Virus record (IMG/VR): IMGVR_UViG_3300044259_000056
Coordinates: 1 to 64,000 of that record
Reading direction: 5' to 3' (one strand)
Length of the DNA stretch: 64,000 nt
Source of the DNA: a virus
Lineage: Duplodnaviria > Caudoviricetes
Shown: piece after piece, positions 1 through 8,401 of the stretch
Layout of the letters: each line of letters opens with the position of its first letter
How positions within the stretch are numbered: position 1 is the stretch's first letter
Program-made: the position numbers and the translations under genes
The notes under the pieces: model-generated
The model's input: the letters and a program-made list of their open reading frames with translations, nothing else
Databases searched by the model: none
Told to the model about the DNA's origin: nothing

Positions 1-446
1 TAGATACGTTTGAAAAATTCCCCAACTAAGAATTCAGTTTCGAGATTAATGCAAGAACCTGATTTATACCAAGTTTTGCAAATGCTTGTACCAAAATGGT
101 TTACTACAGAATCAAATGTAGGTTTACCCATAAACATGATATTTACAGGCATATCCAAATATTCTCCAGAATACACCGTTTTAAGATGTTTCATACAAGC
201 ATACATTTCTCCAGACTCTTTTGTTAAAGATTTTAAGTTTTTTACTGTGGTATGTTTTAACCGTTTCTTTCTTTCAGTATAGGTTTTGTCAGGGGTATAT
301 ACATACAAATCTAAATCATTAGCTGGTTTACCAAAATACCAATTACGAGGTGCCCCACCTGCAATAATACAGTTTGGGTCAATTACTTCAAACTCATTAA
401 TAAGTTTATTAGCCACAGCAATTTGTTTCTCAATAATTTTATTCAT
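1..446 (-). CDS. Nucleotidyltransferase (CCA-adding/poly(A) polymerase head-like), runs off window edge
   Basis: Hand-translated minus-strand ORF from ATG at 446 (SD AAGGAG): MNKIIEKQIAVANKLINEFEVIDPNCIIAGGAPRNWYFGKPANDLDLY. The GGxxR...DxD motif is Pol-beta-type. Open to position 1 and not in the ORF track. Confidence 0.65.
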   Translation of the reverse strand, partial: MNKIIEKQIAVANKLINEFEVIDPNCIIAGGAPRNWYFGKPANDLDLYVYTPDKTYTERKKRLKHTTVKNLKSLTKESGEMYACMKHLKTVYSGEYLDMPVNIMFMGKPTFDSVVNHFGTSICKTWYKSGSCINLETEFLVGEFFKRI

Positions 447-485
447 AAAAATCTCCTTTATGTAGGGATAAAACGTTAAATTAAT

Positions 486-1013
486 TTAAGACTTATAAAC
501 AAGTTTGCCCTGCAACAAAGCTTCTATAATCATGTTGAATTCTTTACATTTACACAAAGATTCAACATGAATTTCATAATTCTCCTTATTCTTACACGCT
601 TTAATAAAATCTTCCGCACCCTCTCTTGTTAGGTGTGAATTGACATATTCCCACTCCTCTTCAAAACCTACCACATTAAGATCTTCATCAAATCTTCCAA
701 TTACATAGATTTTATCATTATCATTTAAATTTAGGAAAACATCTCTACTCCATACCTGTGATAACTTGTCTAATTTAAGCTTATCTTGTTCATCTAAATT
801 ATTATAGAATTCCTGATAAGATCTAAAATAATAATCTGTGTCATCTAGGCTGTATATAAGTCTGTTGTCTGTATAATCAAAATCAATACCAGAAATTATC
901 CGTCTTTTCATTACATTGAAAATTGGATTAGCAGTGCAATGATCATCAACACCATCACCTATGTTATGATACTTAAGCCTTTTAATAAAGTCATTAAAAT
1001 AGTCTTCAGTCAT
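486..1013 (-). CDS. Conserved phage protein (resembles the domain found in Ead/Ea22-like proteins)
   Basis: 175 aa ORF with motifs HCTANPIF and WEYVNSHLTREGAEDFI; the family assignment is from recall. Confidence 0.45.
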   Translation of the reverse strand: MTEDYFNDFIKRLKYHNIGDGVDDHCTANPIFNVMKRRIISGIDFDYTDNRLIYSLDDTDYYFRSYQEFYNNLDEQDKLKLDKLSQVWSRDVFLNLNDNDKIYVIGRFDEDLNVVGFEEEWEYVNSHLTREGAEDFIKACKNKENYEIHVESLCKCKEFNMIIEALLQGKLVYKS

Positions 1014-1323
1014 TATTCATCCCACCTTTTAAAAATTTTTCTATAACATCCTCTGCTTCAGTCTTTGACTTAAATAAACTGAAATTAAGTTTCTCTAAAT
1101 CCTCTTCTGCATTCACTAAAGCCCCTTGAGCATAATTCAAATAATCAAATACTACAGAAAAATCATTCCTCTTGTCAACACGTTTTGTGCAGGAATTTAG
1201 TATATCACGCATATCTTCTATATCTAAAATGATGTTTGTTAACATTTCTTGAATAAAAGAAATATCTTCATTAATTGGGTCTTCATCTTCTTTTAAAATT
1301 TTATCCATATTATCATCCACCAT
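1006..1323 (-). CDS. Hypothetical protein
   Basis: 105 aa ORF overlapping both neighbours in a tightly packed operon. Confidence 0.7.
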   Translation of the reverse strand: MVDDNMDKILKEDEDPINEDISFIQEMLTNIILDIEDMRDILNSCTKRVDKRNDFSVVFDYLNYAQGALVNAEEDLEKLNFSLFKSKTEAEDVIEKFLKGGMNND

Positions 1324-1504
1324 TAAGAATTACAACAGGTTTCCCCTCTAATAAGACAAAATCATCTTCAGTATCTGCCAGAAAAATAAACTCTACTGTC
1401 CCAGATATTTCATGTTCTTGTTGATCATGATCACGAATAGCAACAATTGAATCTTGTGGCATCTTCTTTAATTTATTGATCACTTGTTTTACTGTCATAC
1501 CCAT
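1313..1504 (-). CDS. Hypothetical protein
   Basis: 63 aa ORF with SD GGAGG; MTVKQVINKLKKMPQD is a common small phage protein start. Confidence 0.7.
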   Translation of the reverse strand: MGMTVKQVINKLKKMPQDSIVAIRDHDQQEHEISGTVEFIFLADTEDDFVLLEGKPVVILNGG

Positions 1505-1505
1505 G

Positions 1506-1832
1506 TTACCCTCCTTTTGCCCATTCTATTGCTTTTAAAATAACATCACAATGACATGCAACCTCTTTGTTTGGTTGCTTACAAAAGCATACCAAATCTT
1601 TACCATCTAGGTCAAGCAGATCTTGAATAGTTATTTTACCGTTCTTTATTTGTTGCCACAACCAGACACGATAACGTTCTATGGTTGCACCGCGAGTTTC
1701 TTCCTTAGATAACTTGTATGGGTTTGCAAACTTAGATCCTTTAAGGCCTAAATGAGGCATAGCACGTCCCATATATTCAGCATTTGGAGGAATAACTTTA
1801 CCAATATGATAAAAATTCAATATTTTTGCCAT
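1506..1832 (-). CDS. DUF4326 family protein
   Basis: YMGR...KFANPY...YRVWL...L.GKDLVCFC...CHCDVI pattern. Confidence 0.8.
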   Translation of the reverse strand: MAKILNFYHIGKVIPPNAEYMGRAMPHLGLKGSKFANPYKLSKEETRGATIERYRVWLWQQIKNGKITIQDLLDLDGKDLVCFCKQPNKEVACHCDVILKAIEWAKGG

Positions 1833-1837
1833 ATAAT

Positions 1838-2185
1838 TTACTCAATTATTTTAAAAAGTTTACAATACTTTTTAATGTGAGAAATCAGTTCTTCCTCTGA
1901 AATATCAATACTAATATCTAATTCACTAACTTTCTCTATGTCCTCTGTTCTTACTGGATTATGGCATGTACTTTTCATTTTATATATTGTAACATTAGGC
2001 AGAAGAGGTAATAAATAATGTTTAACTAGTTGGTACAAACACTCATTAGAATCTGATGTATCATGCCAATTTATTACAACATCCTTGTAGTTAGTGGAGT
2101 ATAAGAAGTAATTAGATATAATTTCTCCGTCTTCAAAACCATATTTTGATGCTAGACTAGATGCATGTAATGTCAAATGATTCAT
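1838..2185 (-). CDS. Hypothetical protein (start revised to ATG 2185)
   Basis: SD GGAGG precedes MNHLTLHASSL; the upstream extension in the track overlaps the neighbouring gene. Confidence 0.65.
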   Translation of the reverse strand: MNHLTLHASSLASKYGFEDGEIISNYFLYSTNYKDVVINWHDTSDSNECLYQLVKHYLLPLLPNVTIYKMKSTCHNPVRTEDIEKVSELDISIDISEEELISHIKKYCKLFKIIE

Positions 2186-2189
2186 AAAA

Positions 2190-2402
2190 TTAAAGCCTCC
2201 TATAAGTCTTCTCTGATAACTTAATTTTAGTTTTTGGAGCCACAAATATTTGATCATTACAACAAACAACAAAATATTCTTTCTCACTTATAGTAGTATC
2301 ACAAACTAGAGAACCTTCTAAAGATTTCTCTAACCAAGAAAACCTACCATCAGTAATAAAATCACCAACACCTATACCATTGTGATACTCTTCATTTAAC
2401 AT
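2190..2402 (-). CDS. Hypothetical protein
   Basis: 70 aa ORF in operon context. Confidence 0.6.
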   Translation of the reverse strand: MLNEEYHNGIGVGDFITDGRFSWLEKSLEGSLVCDTTISEKEYFVVCCNDQIFVAPKTKIKLSEKTYRRL

Positions 2403-2506
2403 CTCATCCTCATTTTCAAATCAACTAGCAATTTAATCTTGAATTAAAACTTAACACCATTTATCTCTAATACAACGTCTTGTGGTGAAAATTCTTTTAC
2501 AGGCAT

Positions 2507-2740
2507 TTAACAGCTCTTACTCTCCCTTTCAATTATAAAATAACGCCGTTTGTTATCCTCTAAGTAATCATCATAAAAATAAGCCACTACTGATTCAGGC
2601 CAGATTTTTCCAGATGAAAAGTTATTAAACTGTACTTGAATAGGTTCCACAATCCTACAAACATGAGTTTCTAGATTCTTATTATCTACAAAGATTAAGA
2701 ACTCTTTCTGATTTACTTCTCTATGCTTTTTCATACTCAT
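2507..2740 (-). CDS. Hypothetical protein
   Basis: 77 aa ORF in operon context. Confidence 0.6.
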   Translation of the reverse strand: MSMKKHREVNQKEFLIFVDNKNLETHVCRIVEPIQVQFNNFSSGKIWPESVVAYFYDDYLEDNKRRYFIIERESKSC

Positions 2741-3026
2741 TATTATCCTTATTTTGTTTATAATTATAAATTAATCTTTCAATAATATCAGTAACATCAG
2801 GAGAGACATACACATGATAAGTTTTTCCATAAGAAATAATTGTTTCATGTTTATAAATAACCTTTTTGCATTCAGAAACTATACCTTGTGTTGTCATATC
2901 AAGATAAGGTTTTGGATAACCAGTTCTAACTTCAAAATAATCCATTGCATACTCTAAAGAAACAAACTTTCCATCCCAAGGTCCACCAATAAAAAGTACA
3001 CTTTCATAAGTCATAATAATCACCAA
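2721..3026 (-). CDS. Hypothetical protein
   Basis: 101 aa ORF with LFIGGPWDGK, a motif common in small phage proteins. Confidence 0.7.
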   Translation of the reverse strand: MVIIMTYESVLFIGGPWDGKFVSLEYAMDYFEVRTGYPKPYLDMTTQGIVSECKKVIYKHETIISYGKTYHVYVSPDVTDIIERLIYNYKQNKDNNEYEKA

Positions 3027-3034
3027 TAAGTTAA

Positions 3035-3220
3035 TTATTTACATGAATCTGCATTTAATTTTAGTAATAAAGCTACTGTTGCTAACCTACCAACCATATC
3101 ATCAGGAGATGGTTTAATTAGATCATTAAGTTCTTTAATAGTAAAACTATCAAGTAGTTCATCTAACTTATTCATAGGTTCCTCATATTCAAACTCATTG
3201 CGCATCTGTTCTGTATTCAT
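3035..3220 (-). CDS. Hypothetical protein (N-terminus shared with 45050-45307)
   Basis: SD GAGG, starts MNTEQMRNEF. Confidence 0.65.
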   Translation of the reverse strand: MNTEQMRNEFEYEEPMNKLDELLDSFTIKELNDLIKPSPDDMVGRLATVALLLKLNADSCK

Positions 3221-3400
3221 AATTTAACCTCACTGACATAATTCTCCTCAGAGTCAACCCACTTTTTCAAAACTGTGAATAGTTGCTTGGCTTGATCTTC
3301 TCCAACAAAAATCTGCCAATCACCCTGTCGGAGAGTTAAAAACTTTTCACCAGATATAACTTCAATTTCTGACATAGAATCATATTTCATTTCTTAGTCC

Positions 3401-3622
3401 TCATTGTTTTAATTCAATATGTGTTACTTCTTCTGGGTAATAAATATGATTTGAACCGTCTTCACCTACATAAAAACGGTAGTTGTTAACACGTCCTTGC
3501 ATCCAACCTATATTACCAGTAAAAATTGAACCATCCACAGTTTTAAAATAAAATGAGTCATAATATGCTGGATTACTATACAGAGAATCACAAGACTCTT
3601 GACTGCCACCAAATTTTACCAA
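3401..3622 (-). CDS. Hypothetical protein
   Basis: 73 aa ORF; start uncertain. Confidence 0.5.
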   Translation of the reverse strand: MVKFGGSQESCDSLYSNPAYYDSFYFKTVDGSIFTGNIGWMQGRVNNYRFYVGEDGSNHIYYPEEVTHIELKQ

Positions 3623-3658
3623 TTTGATTTCTTTTCATCAATAATCATCTTTCAACCC

Positions 3659-3877
3659 TTATATTTCAAGAATAACCTTATTGTTAAAATCACTGTCACA
3701 AAGATTATCATAACTCTTTAGTGAAAGCAAACCTCTTTTTACAAATAAATTCATAATATCTTGGTATACATCAAAAACAATCTCTTTGTCAACACACTCT
3801 GAGACAAGCAAAACAGTCTTACCAATGTTGCAATTGTGATAGACCTCTCTAAACACTTCTAAGCTCTTATTACTCAT
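3659..3877 (-). CDS. Hypothetical protein
   Basis: 72 aa ORF with SD GGAGG. Confidence 0.7.
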   Translation of the reverse strand: MSNKSLEVFREVYHNCNIGKTVLLVSECVDKEIVFDVYQDIMNLFVKRGLLSLKSYDNLCDSDFNNKVILEI

Positions 3878-3929
3878 GTAAACCTCCTACAAAGTTAAGT
3901 CGTGTAGATATGTAAAATATGGATACACC

Positions 3930-4095
3930 AGATACGCTCTAAAACCACCTGTATTGAATTCTCACACCTAAGGTATAGGGTAGCTTACCTTTTACAAGAA
4001 AACCTCTCACAAGCTCATCTACACACCTTATTTTTGATACAAAACCACTACCACACAATAGAATAAGACTTTAACACAACAGAACTTAAAATCAA
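3930..4095. repeat. Quasi-palindromic intergenic element, copy 1 (second copy 63762-63870)
   Basis: ATAGGGTAGCTT (3975-3986) and AGAAAACCT (3997-4005) recur at 63820-63831 and 63843-63851. ACACCTTATTTTTGAT (4023-4038) is the exact reverse complement of 63769-63784. Confidence 0.65.
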
Positions 4096-4129
4096 GTGTA
4101 TTTTATCTATCATAGATAATATTTTGTTG

Positions 4130-4157
4130 TTGACACAGTAGGAGGGTTTGATATGCT
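4130..4157 (+). promoter_or_regulatory. Sigma70-like promoter
   Basis: TTGACA-16-TATGCT with extended TG. Confidence 0.65.
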
Positions 4158-4194
4158 TTGTCACAACACAGTAAAACACAATCTAAGGGATTTT

Positions 4195-4443
4195 ATGAAT
4201 AAACTATCAAGTATCATATTGCAACTGAACAGTCAGTCTGTTAGGTTTACACCACAATCATCAGCTGCACAGGGTTATGTGTATCATTCCACACATAACA
4301 AATCTGGTAAACATGTAAACATAGTCAATGTGTGGGAAGACGTGTTATATGCTTCAGATACCCACACATACAATAAACTCTGTTATGGTATCTATTCAGA
4401 AGATAAAGAATACACTGAATATACTGATATATTTTATAACTAA
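4195..4443 (+). CDS. Hypothetical protein (start revised to 4195)
   Basis: The track start at 4153 lies in the -10 box; AAGGGA precedes ATG 4195. Confidence 0.6.
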   Translation: MNKLSSIILQLNSQSVRFTPQSSAAQGYVYHSTHNKSGKHVNIVNVWEDVLYASDTHTYNKLCYGIYSEDKEYTEYTDIFYN

Positions 4444-4458
4444 GGTATTAATATTATT

Positions 4459-4647
4459 ATGAAATTTAAGTTTAATGATAAGGTTCTTTGCCAAGGGCAA
4501 ATCACAACAATCAGAGATATTTATACTAGAGTGGTGAAATCTGAAGATGAGTCTTACACCACTCAAATCACATACAGATTACAAGATAAACCATTTTGGT
4601 ATACTGAATTTACAGAAGATCAGTTAACACTACTTGTAGAAAGTTAG
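4459..4647 (+). CDS. Hypothetical protein
   Basis: 62 aa ORF with SD AAGG. Confidence 0.65.
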   Translation: MKFKFNDKVLCQGQITTIRDIYTRVVKSEDESYTTQITYRLQDKPFWYTEFTEDQLTLLVES

Positions 4648-4659
4648 TTTTTGTGTTAA

Positions 4660-4834
4660 CAAATATTTAACTTATAAATTATATAATATATTATTAGTTA
4701 TAATATTATATATAATATATTAGTTGTTTTATTAGTCTAGTAATACTAGTTTAATAATTAGTATAGTATGTGGGTAGTTTTTTACCCTACCCCCGGGTAA
4801 ATTTCTACCCTACCTATAGGGTAATTTTTTACCC
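4660..4834. other. Candidate replication origin: AT-rich unwinding tract plus three palindromic iterons
   Basis: Almost pure A/T at 4660-4770, then GGGTA-N6-TACCC at 4772-4787, 4795-4810 and 4819-4834, upstream of an HTH gene and a helicase. Confidence 0.65.
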
Positions 4835-5041
4835 TAGTGATTAAATAATAACCAACAGTTTTAAGGTGTGTTATATGTTAAAATATTTAACAATTCATAT
4901 AAACTTCTCAGAGGTAGCAAATGAAACTTCAGTTTGATGATAAGATGTTTTCTGACCTTATGAAGGTTTGTAAGAAAGATGGTGTGGCTGTAGGGACTCT
5001 TATAACCAATGTTGTGAGAGAGTATGTTAATATAAAACTCA

Positions 5042-5410
5042 ATGATGAAGAGTGCAAAGATGGAAGAAACCAACCCTCGACTAGTCAACCTATTGAATGA
5101 TACAACCTTCGTGGCTGTTCCAACCATGATCTGTAAGGTTATGACTGTAAGACATAAGGGCAAAGAATATAAATTCTCATTGTCTGCTAAGATGTTGTAT
5201 AGTTATCTTGGTGGTTTTGAAAAAGCATTTCCGTCGCTAAGTGCTATAGCCGAGTATCTGGGTCTGACAAGAGATGCTGCAAAGATTGCAACAGCTAAGT
5301 TAGAGGAAATGGGTCTTGTGGTCAAAGAGACACGTTATGGGCAATCCAATGTGTATTCCATTGTAGTTCCAGAGATTACTGAAGATGGTAAAACTGCTAT
5401 AATTTCATAA
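5042..5410 (+). CDS. Winged helix-turn-helix protein, replication-initiator-like (HTH_36 type)
   Basis: AKMLYSYL...AFPSLSAIAEYLGLTRDAAKIATAKLEEMGLV...SNVY; true start may be ATG 5060. Confidence 0.7.
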   Translation: MMKSAKMEETNPRLVNLLNDTTFVAVPTMICKVMTVRHKGKEYKFSLSAKMLYSYLGGFEKAFPSLSAIAEYLGLTRDAAKIATAKLEEMGLVVKETRYGQSNVYSIVVPEITEDGKTAIIS

Positions 5411-5445
5411 GAATTATAGTGTTTGCTGTTTAAGAGGAGAAAAAA

Positions 5446-6728
5446 TTGATAGAGTTAACAAGCGGTCAGAAGAAAGCATTAGATATGGCTAGATCTGGGA
5501 AGAATTTATTAATACTTGGGTCTGGTGGTGTAGGAAAAAGTTATCTTATTGAGAAAATCTTTAAAGATGAGTTTCGTGATAGTGCATTTTTCACTGCTAC
5601 AACAGGAATAGCTGCTGTTAACATTGAAGGTCAAACAGTCCATTCACTGTTTAACTTACCAATTGGTTTTCAGGTAGATAATACGTGGTTAGATAAGATA
5701 TCTTCCAAAACAAAGAAGGCTTTCAAAAATACCAAAAGATTAAAAAGAATCATTATCGATGAAGTGTCTATGGCAAGAGCAGACATGATAGATTACATTG
5801 ACATGAGGTTGAGACAACTTTTAAAGGTCAATAAACCATTTGGTGGCTTACAGGTAATTATGGTTGGCGATCTACTACAATTACCACCTGTCTTAAAACC
5901 TCGTACAACTGAATCTAAGCTGTTTTATGATGTGTATAATACCCTACACTGTTTTTCAGCTAAAGTCTTCTCGGAGATTGATTTAGAGGTCTTAAATTTG
6001 ACTCAAGTATTACGTCAGAGTGATGAGACTTTAAAAAGGCATCTTGAAGACATTCGATTTGGTGTAAACATTAAAGAGGCTGTTGATTATTTCAACACAA
6101 ATTGTTATGGTAAGACCTTACCAACTGATTGTGTATACATTGTCACTACAAGCAAGTTGATGATATCAATAACAGAAAATTTAATGAAAACAAGAATAAC
6201 ACTAAAATCTTTACGGGTATCACCCAAGGCGTGGTTAACTTAAAAGATTTACCTGTAAGTCAGATTGTAAAAGTTAAGGTTGGGTGTAGAGTAATGACTT
6301 GTGTGAACAATGATATTGAGGGATACTACAATGGTTCAGTGGGGACAGTAAAAGACATTGTATCTGAAGATATCGTAATTGTCAGGCTTGATAATGGAAA
6401 TGATGTTGTAGTAACAAGGCATGAATTCACTAATCTTGAATATGTCACAGATGCCTCTGGTGTTATTAAACAAAAGAGAGTAGGATCGTTTAGTCAGATG
6501 CCTTTAAAACTTTTCTATGCAATTAGTTCACACAAGAGTCAGGGGAGTTCACTAGACAAAGCCATTGTTAACATGAATGGTGCTTTTGCAGAAGGACAAA
6601 CTTATGTTGCATTGAGTAGATTAAGAACAGTTGATGGGTTGTTTCTTGAAAATAAACTAACAGAAAGAGATGTTAAAGTTGATAAACATGTGGTAGAATT
6701 TATTAGTAAAAACGTGAAAGAGGTATAA
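5446..6728 (+). pseudogene. SF1B Pif1/RecD-like DNA helicase, frameshifted near 6150 (ORFs 5446-6243 and 6129-6728)
   Basis: The first frame has Walker A GSGGVGKS, IIDEVSM, GDLLQLPPV and QVLRQ. The second frame has HKSQGSSL and GQTYVALSR. The frames join at TT/KQVDDINN. Confidence 0.8.
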
Positions 6729-6732
6729 TACT

Positions 6733-6939
6733 ATGAAATACATTTTAGCCGTAGCTGTTTTAACTTTGTGTGCATGTTCATCACAAACATCTTACACACA
6801 AAATCAGTCATACAAGTGGGCAGAACGTTTCTGTGGTACCAACAAAGATATCTCAAGATTTGATATTGACAAGGATGACTATGATCGTGTGATTTGTGTT
6901 GATGGAAGATCTGCTTTTGTCCCTAACACACAAAAATAA
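6733..6939 (+). CDS. Small lipoprotein
   Basis: Signal peptide with lipobox LCAC. Confidence 0.65.
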   Translation: MKYILAVAVLTLCACSSQTSYTQNQSYKWAERFCGTNKDISRFDIDKDDYDRVICVDGRSAFVPNTQK

Positions 6940-7031
6940 TTAAAAATAAACTTATCACAGGTTATTGCATTTTTTGTGCAGTTGTATTAACATAAGCTTA
7001 TGGGATATAAAAATAACAACATGGAATATTT

Positions 7032-7211
7032 ATGAAACCAAGTTTTTCCTTTTGGACAAGGTGTAAATCGTGCAATGCCCCATTAGACAGAAAAAGTTCT
7101 AATGTCAACAATGGAATAATTGAGAGTCCTTATTGCAATAAATGCGCATCTTTCATTCCAGACCAAGATGATTTAAAATTAAACAATTTGAATACTCAAG
7201 AAAAAGATTAA
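7032..7211 (+). CDS. Small CxxC-CxxC zinc-finger protein (59 aa, below track cutoff)
   Basis: MKPSFSFWTRCKSCNAPL...PYCNKCASF, stop TAA at 7209-7211. Confidence 0.55.
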   Translation: MKPSFSFWTRCKSCNAPLDRKSSNVNNGIIESPYCNKCASFIPDQDDLKLNNLNTQEKD

Positions 7212-7219
7212 TCTTAACC

Positions 7220-7248
7220 TTGACAAAAGTTGTTTATAAATATATAAT
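7220..7248 (+). promoter_or_regulatory. Consensus sigma70 promoter
   Basis: TTGACA-17-TATAAT, perfect match. Confidence 0.85.
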
Positions 7249-7271
7249 AAAACTTATAGAACAGGTGATTT

Positions 7272-7335
7272 GCTACCTTAAGTGCAGCTAGAAATTTGGA
7301 GATACGCTACCATAAGTGCGAATTAAGATTTGGAG
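7272..7335 (+). repeat. Tandem 30-nt imperfect repeat (34-nt period) in 5' leader
   Basis: GCTACCTTAAGTGC-N8-ATTTGGAG at 7272-7301 and GCTACCATAAGTGC-N8-ATTTGGAG at 7306-7335. Confidence 0.75.
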
Positions 7336-7341
7336 TTTTTG

Positions 7342-7668
7342 ATGCCTAAAATTACAAAGCGTGGTCGTGGAAGACCAGCAAGAATTGATAGATTAAAATT
7401 TGATTTAGAGAATGCTACATTTGAAGGTGCAGAAAAGTTAAAAGATGCCTATCCAGTAGCGATTCAATTGCTTATTGATACACTTAAAGATCCTAAAGCA
7501 ACACCAACAAATAGAATCTCTTGTGCTAAGACTATTAAAGAGGCGGCTGAAGGGATCTTGCAAGAAATTCTTCAGGATGAAGAAAAAGATGATGCTGATA
7601 GTGAAAAGGAGAGTGATTCTGGTTCACAAGGTGGTGCAGTCCTTTCATTGAAAGCAATCAATAGTTAA
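7342..7668 (+). CDS. Possible terminase small subunit / DNA-binding protein
   Basis: Basic KRGRGRP N-terminus, helical core AIQLLIDTLKDP...RISCAKTI, acidic tail; first gene of the late arm. Confidence 0.4.
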   Translation: MPKITKRGRGRPARIDRLKFDLENATFEGAEKLKDAYPVAIQLLIDTLKDPKATPTNRISCAKTIKEAAEGILQEILQDEEKDDADSEKESDSGSQGGAVLSLKAINS

Positions 7669-7674
7669 AAGTAA

Positions 7675-8020
7675 ATAAAAGGTATTTATTAGGCTCTGTT
7701 ATTAACATCCAGATTCTTTATGAGTTGCATTCCGCATAAATACCTTATTTATGAGATGAAAGTCGACTGTATTAGGGTGCAATAGTTGGTGGAATAACCC
7801 CATAGAAGCCCTAACTTCTGGAGACCTCATAACTTAAGTCATTCTCATATCACTCCTACCCCTTGAGGCCCAGCAGAGTCTAACTAATAAACTGGATTCT
7901 AGCATTAAGTTAGCTTGTAGCCGCAAGGCAAGTTTTAGAGAACGTCCCACATCAAGCAATTAGAGCTGAAATGTCGTGTTCTCATCCCTCACACATGATT
8001 GTGCAATGCAGTCAACATAA
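7675..8020 (+). ncRNA. Candidate large structured non-coding RNA
   Basis: About 500 nt without an ORF of 60 aa or more. It holds multiple helices, a GCC-GCAA-GGC GNRA hairpin and possible pseudoknots, and is closed by a terminator. Confidence 0.45.
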
Positions 8021-8084
8021 ATAGTAGATATTCATAATCCTCTCCTCTCTAATAACTATAATAATATTTTGTTTCTCCTCTCTC

Positions 8085-8117
8085 AAGCCCGAACCGAAAG
8101 GAACGGGCTTTTCTTTT
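8085..8117 (+). terminator. Rho-independent terminator
   Basis: AAGCCCG..CC-GAAA-GG..CGGGCTT followed by a U-tract. Confidence 0.85.
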
Positions 8118-8191
8118 ATCTAAAATAGTTGAAAAGATTTTGTATTTTGATAAAATTAGCAAATATGTGATAAAATAAAAGGAGGATAGAT

Positions 8192-8401
8192 ATGAAAGAT
8201 TTTACAAGTTATAAACCTAACAGCCATATGAGTGAAATTATAAAAGCTGGTCTATTGCACTACTGTAATAATCCTAATGTTTCTAAAGTAGTTGTTCATA
8301 ATGTTTCAGAATACAAAGATAAAACGGTTATTTCATTAGAAGTGTATGTCAAGAGTAATGGAAAAGAAGATATCATTTTCAAGAATCTGGAGATTAAATG
8401 A
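8192..8401 (+). CDS. Hypothetical protein
   Basis: 69 aa, strong SD GGAGG, overlaps the endolysin start. Confidence 0.7.
   Translation: MKDFTSYKPNSHMSEIIKAGLLHYCNNPNVSKVVVHNVSEYKDKTVISLEVYVKSNGKEDIIFKNLEIK

Noticed and set aside
10-282. Plus-strand 90-aa ORF
   Set aside because: It is the antisense shadow of the minus-strand nucleotidyltransferase, which has an SD and catalytic motifs.
4861-5163. Minus-strand ORF near the origin, and the many antisense ORFs within head, tail and fibre genes (e.g. 11759-12579, 16261-18368, 57538-58805)
   Set aside because: They overlap well-supported genes on the opposite strand and show no SD or recognisable motifs.
7272-7335. Mini-CRISPR array (also considered for 4772-4834)
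   Set aside because: Only 2-3 short units with 4-8 nt gaps, no spacer-length unique sequence, and no cas genes.
7675-8020. tRNA, tmRNA or HDV-like ribozyme in the non-coding stretch
   Set aside because: I found no TTCRA T-loop or CCA end, no tag-peptide frame, and could not build the nested double pseudoknot convincingly.
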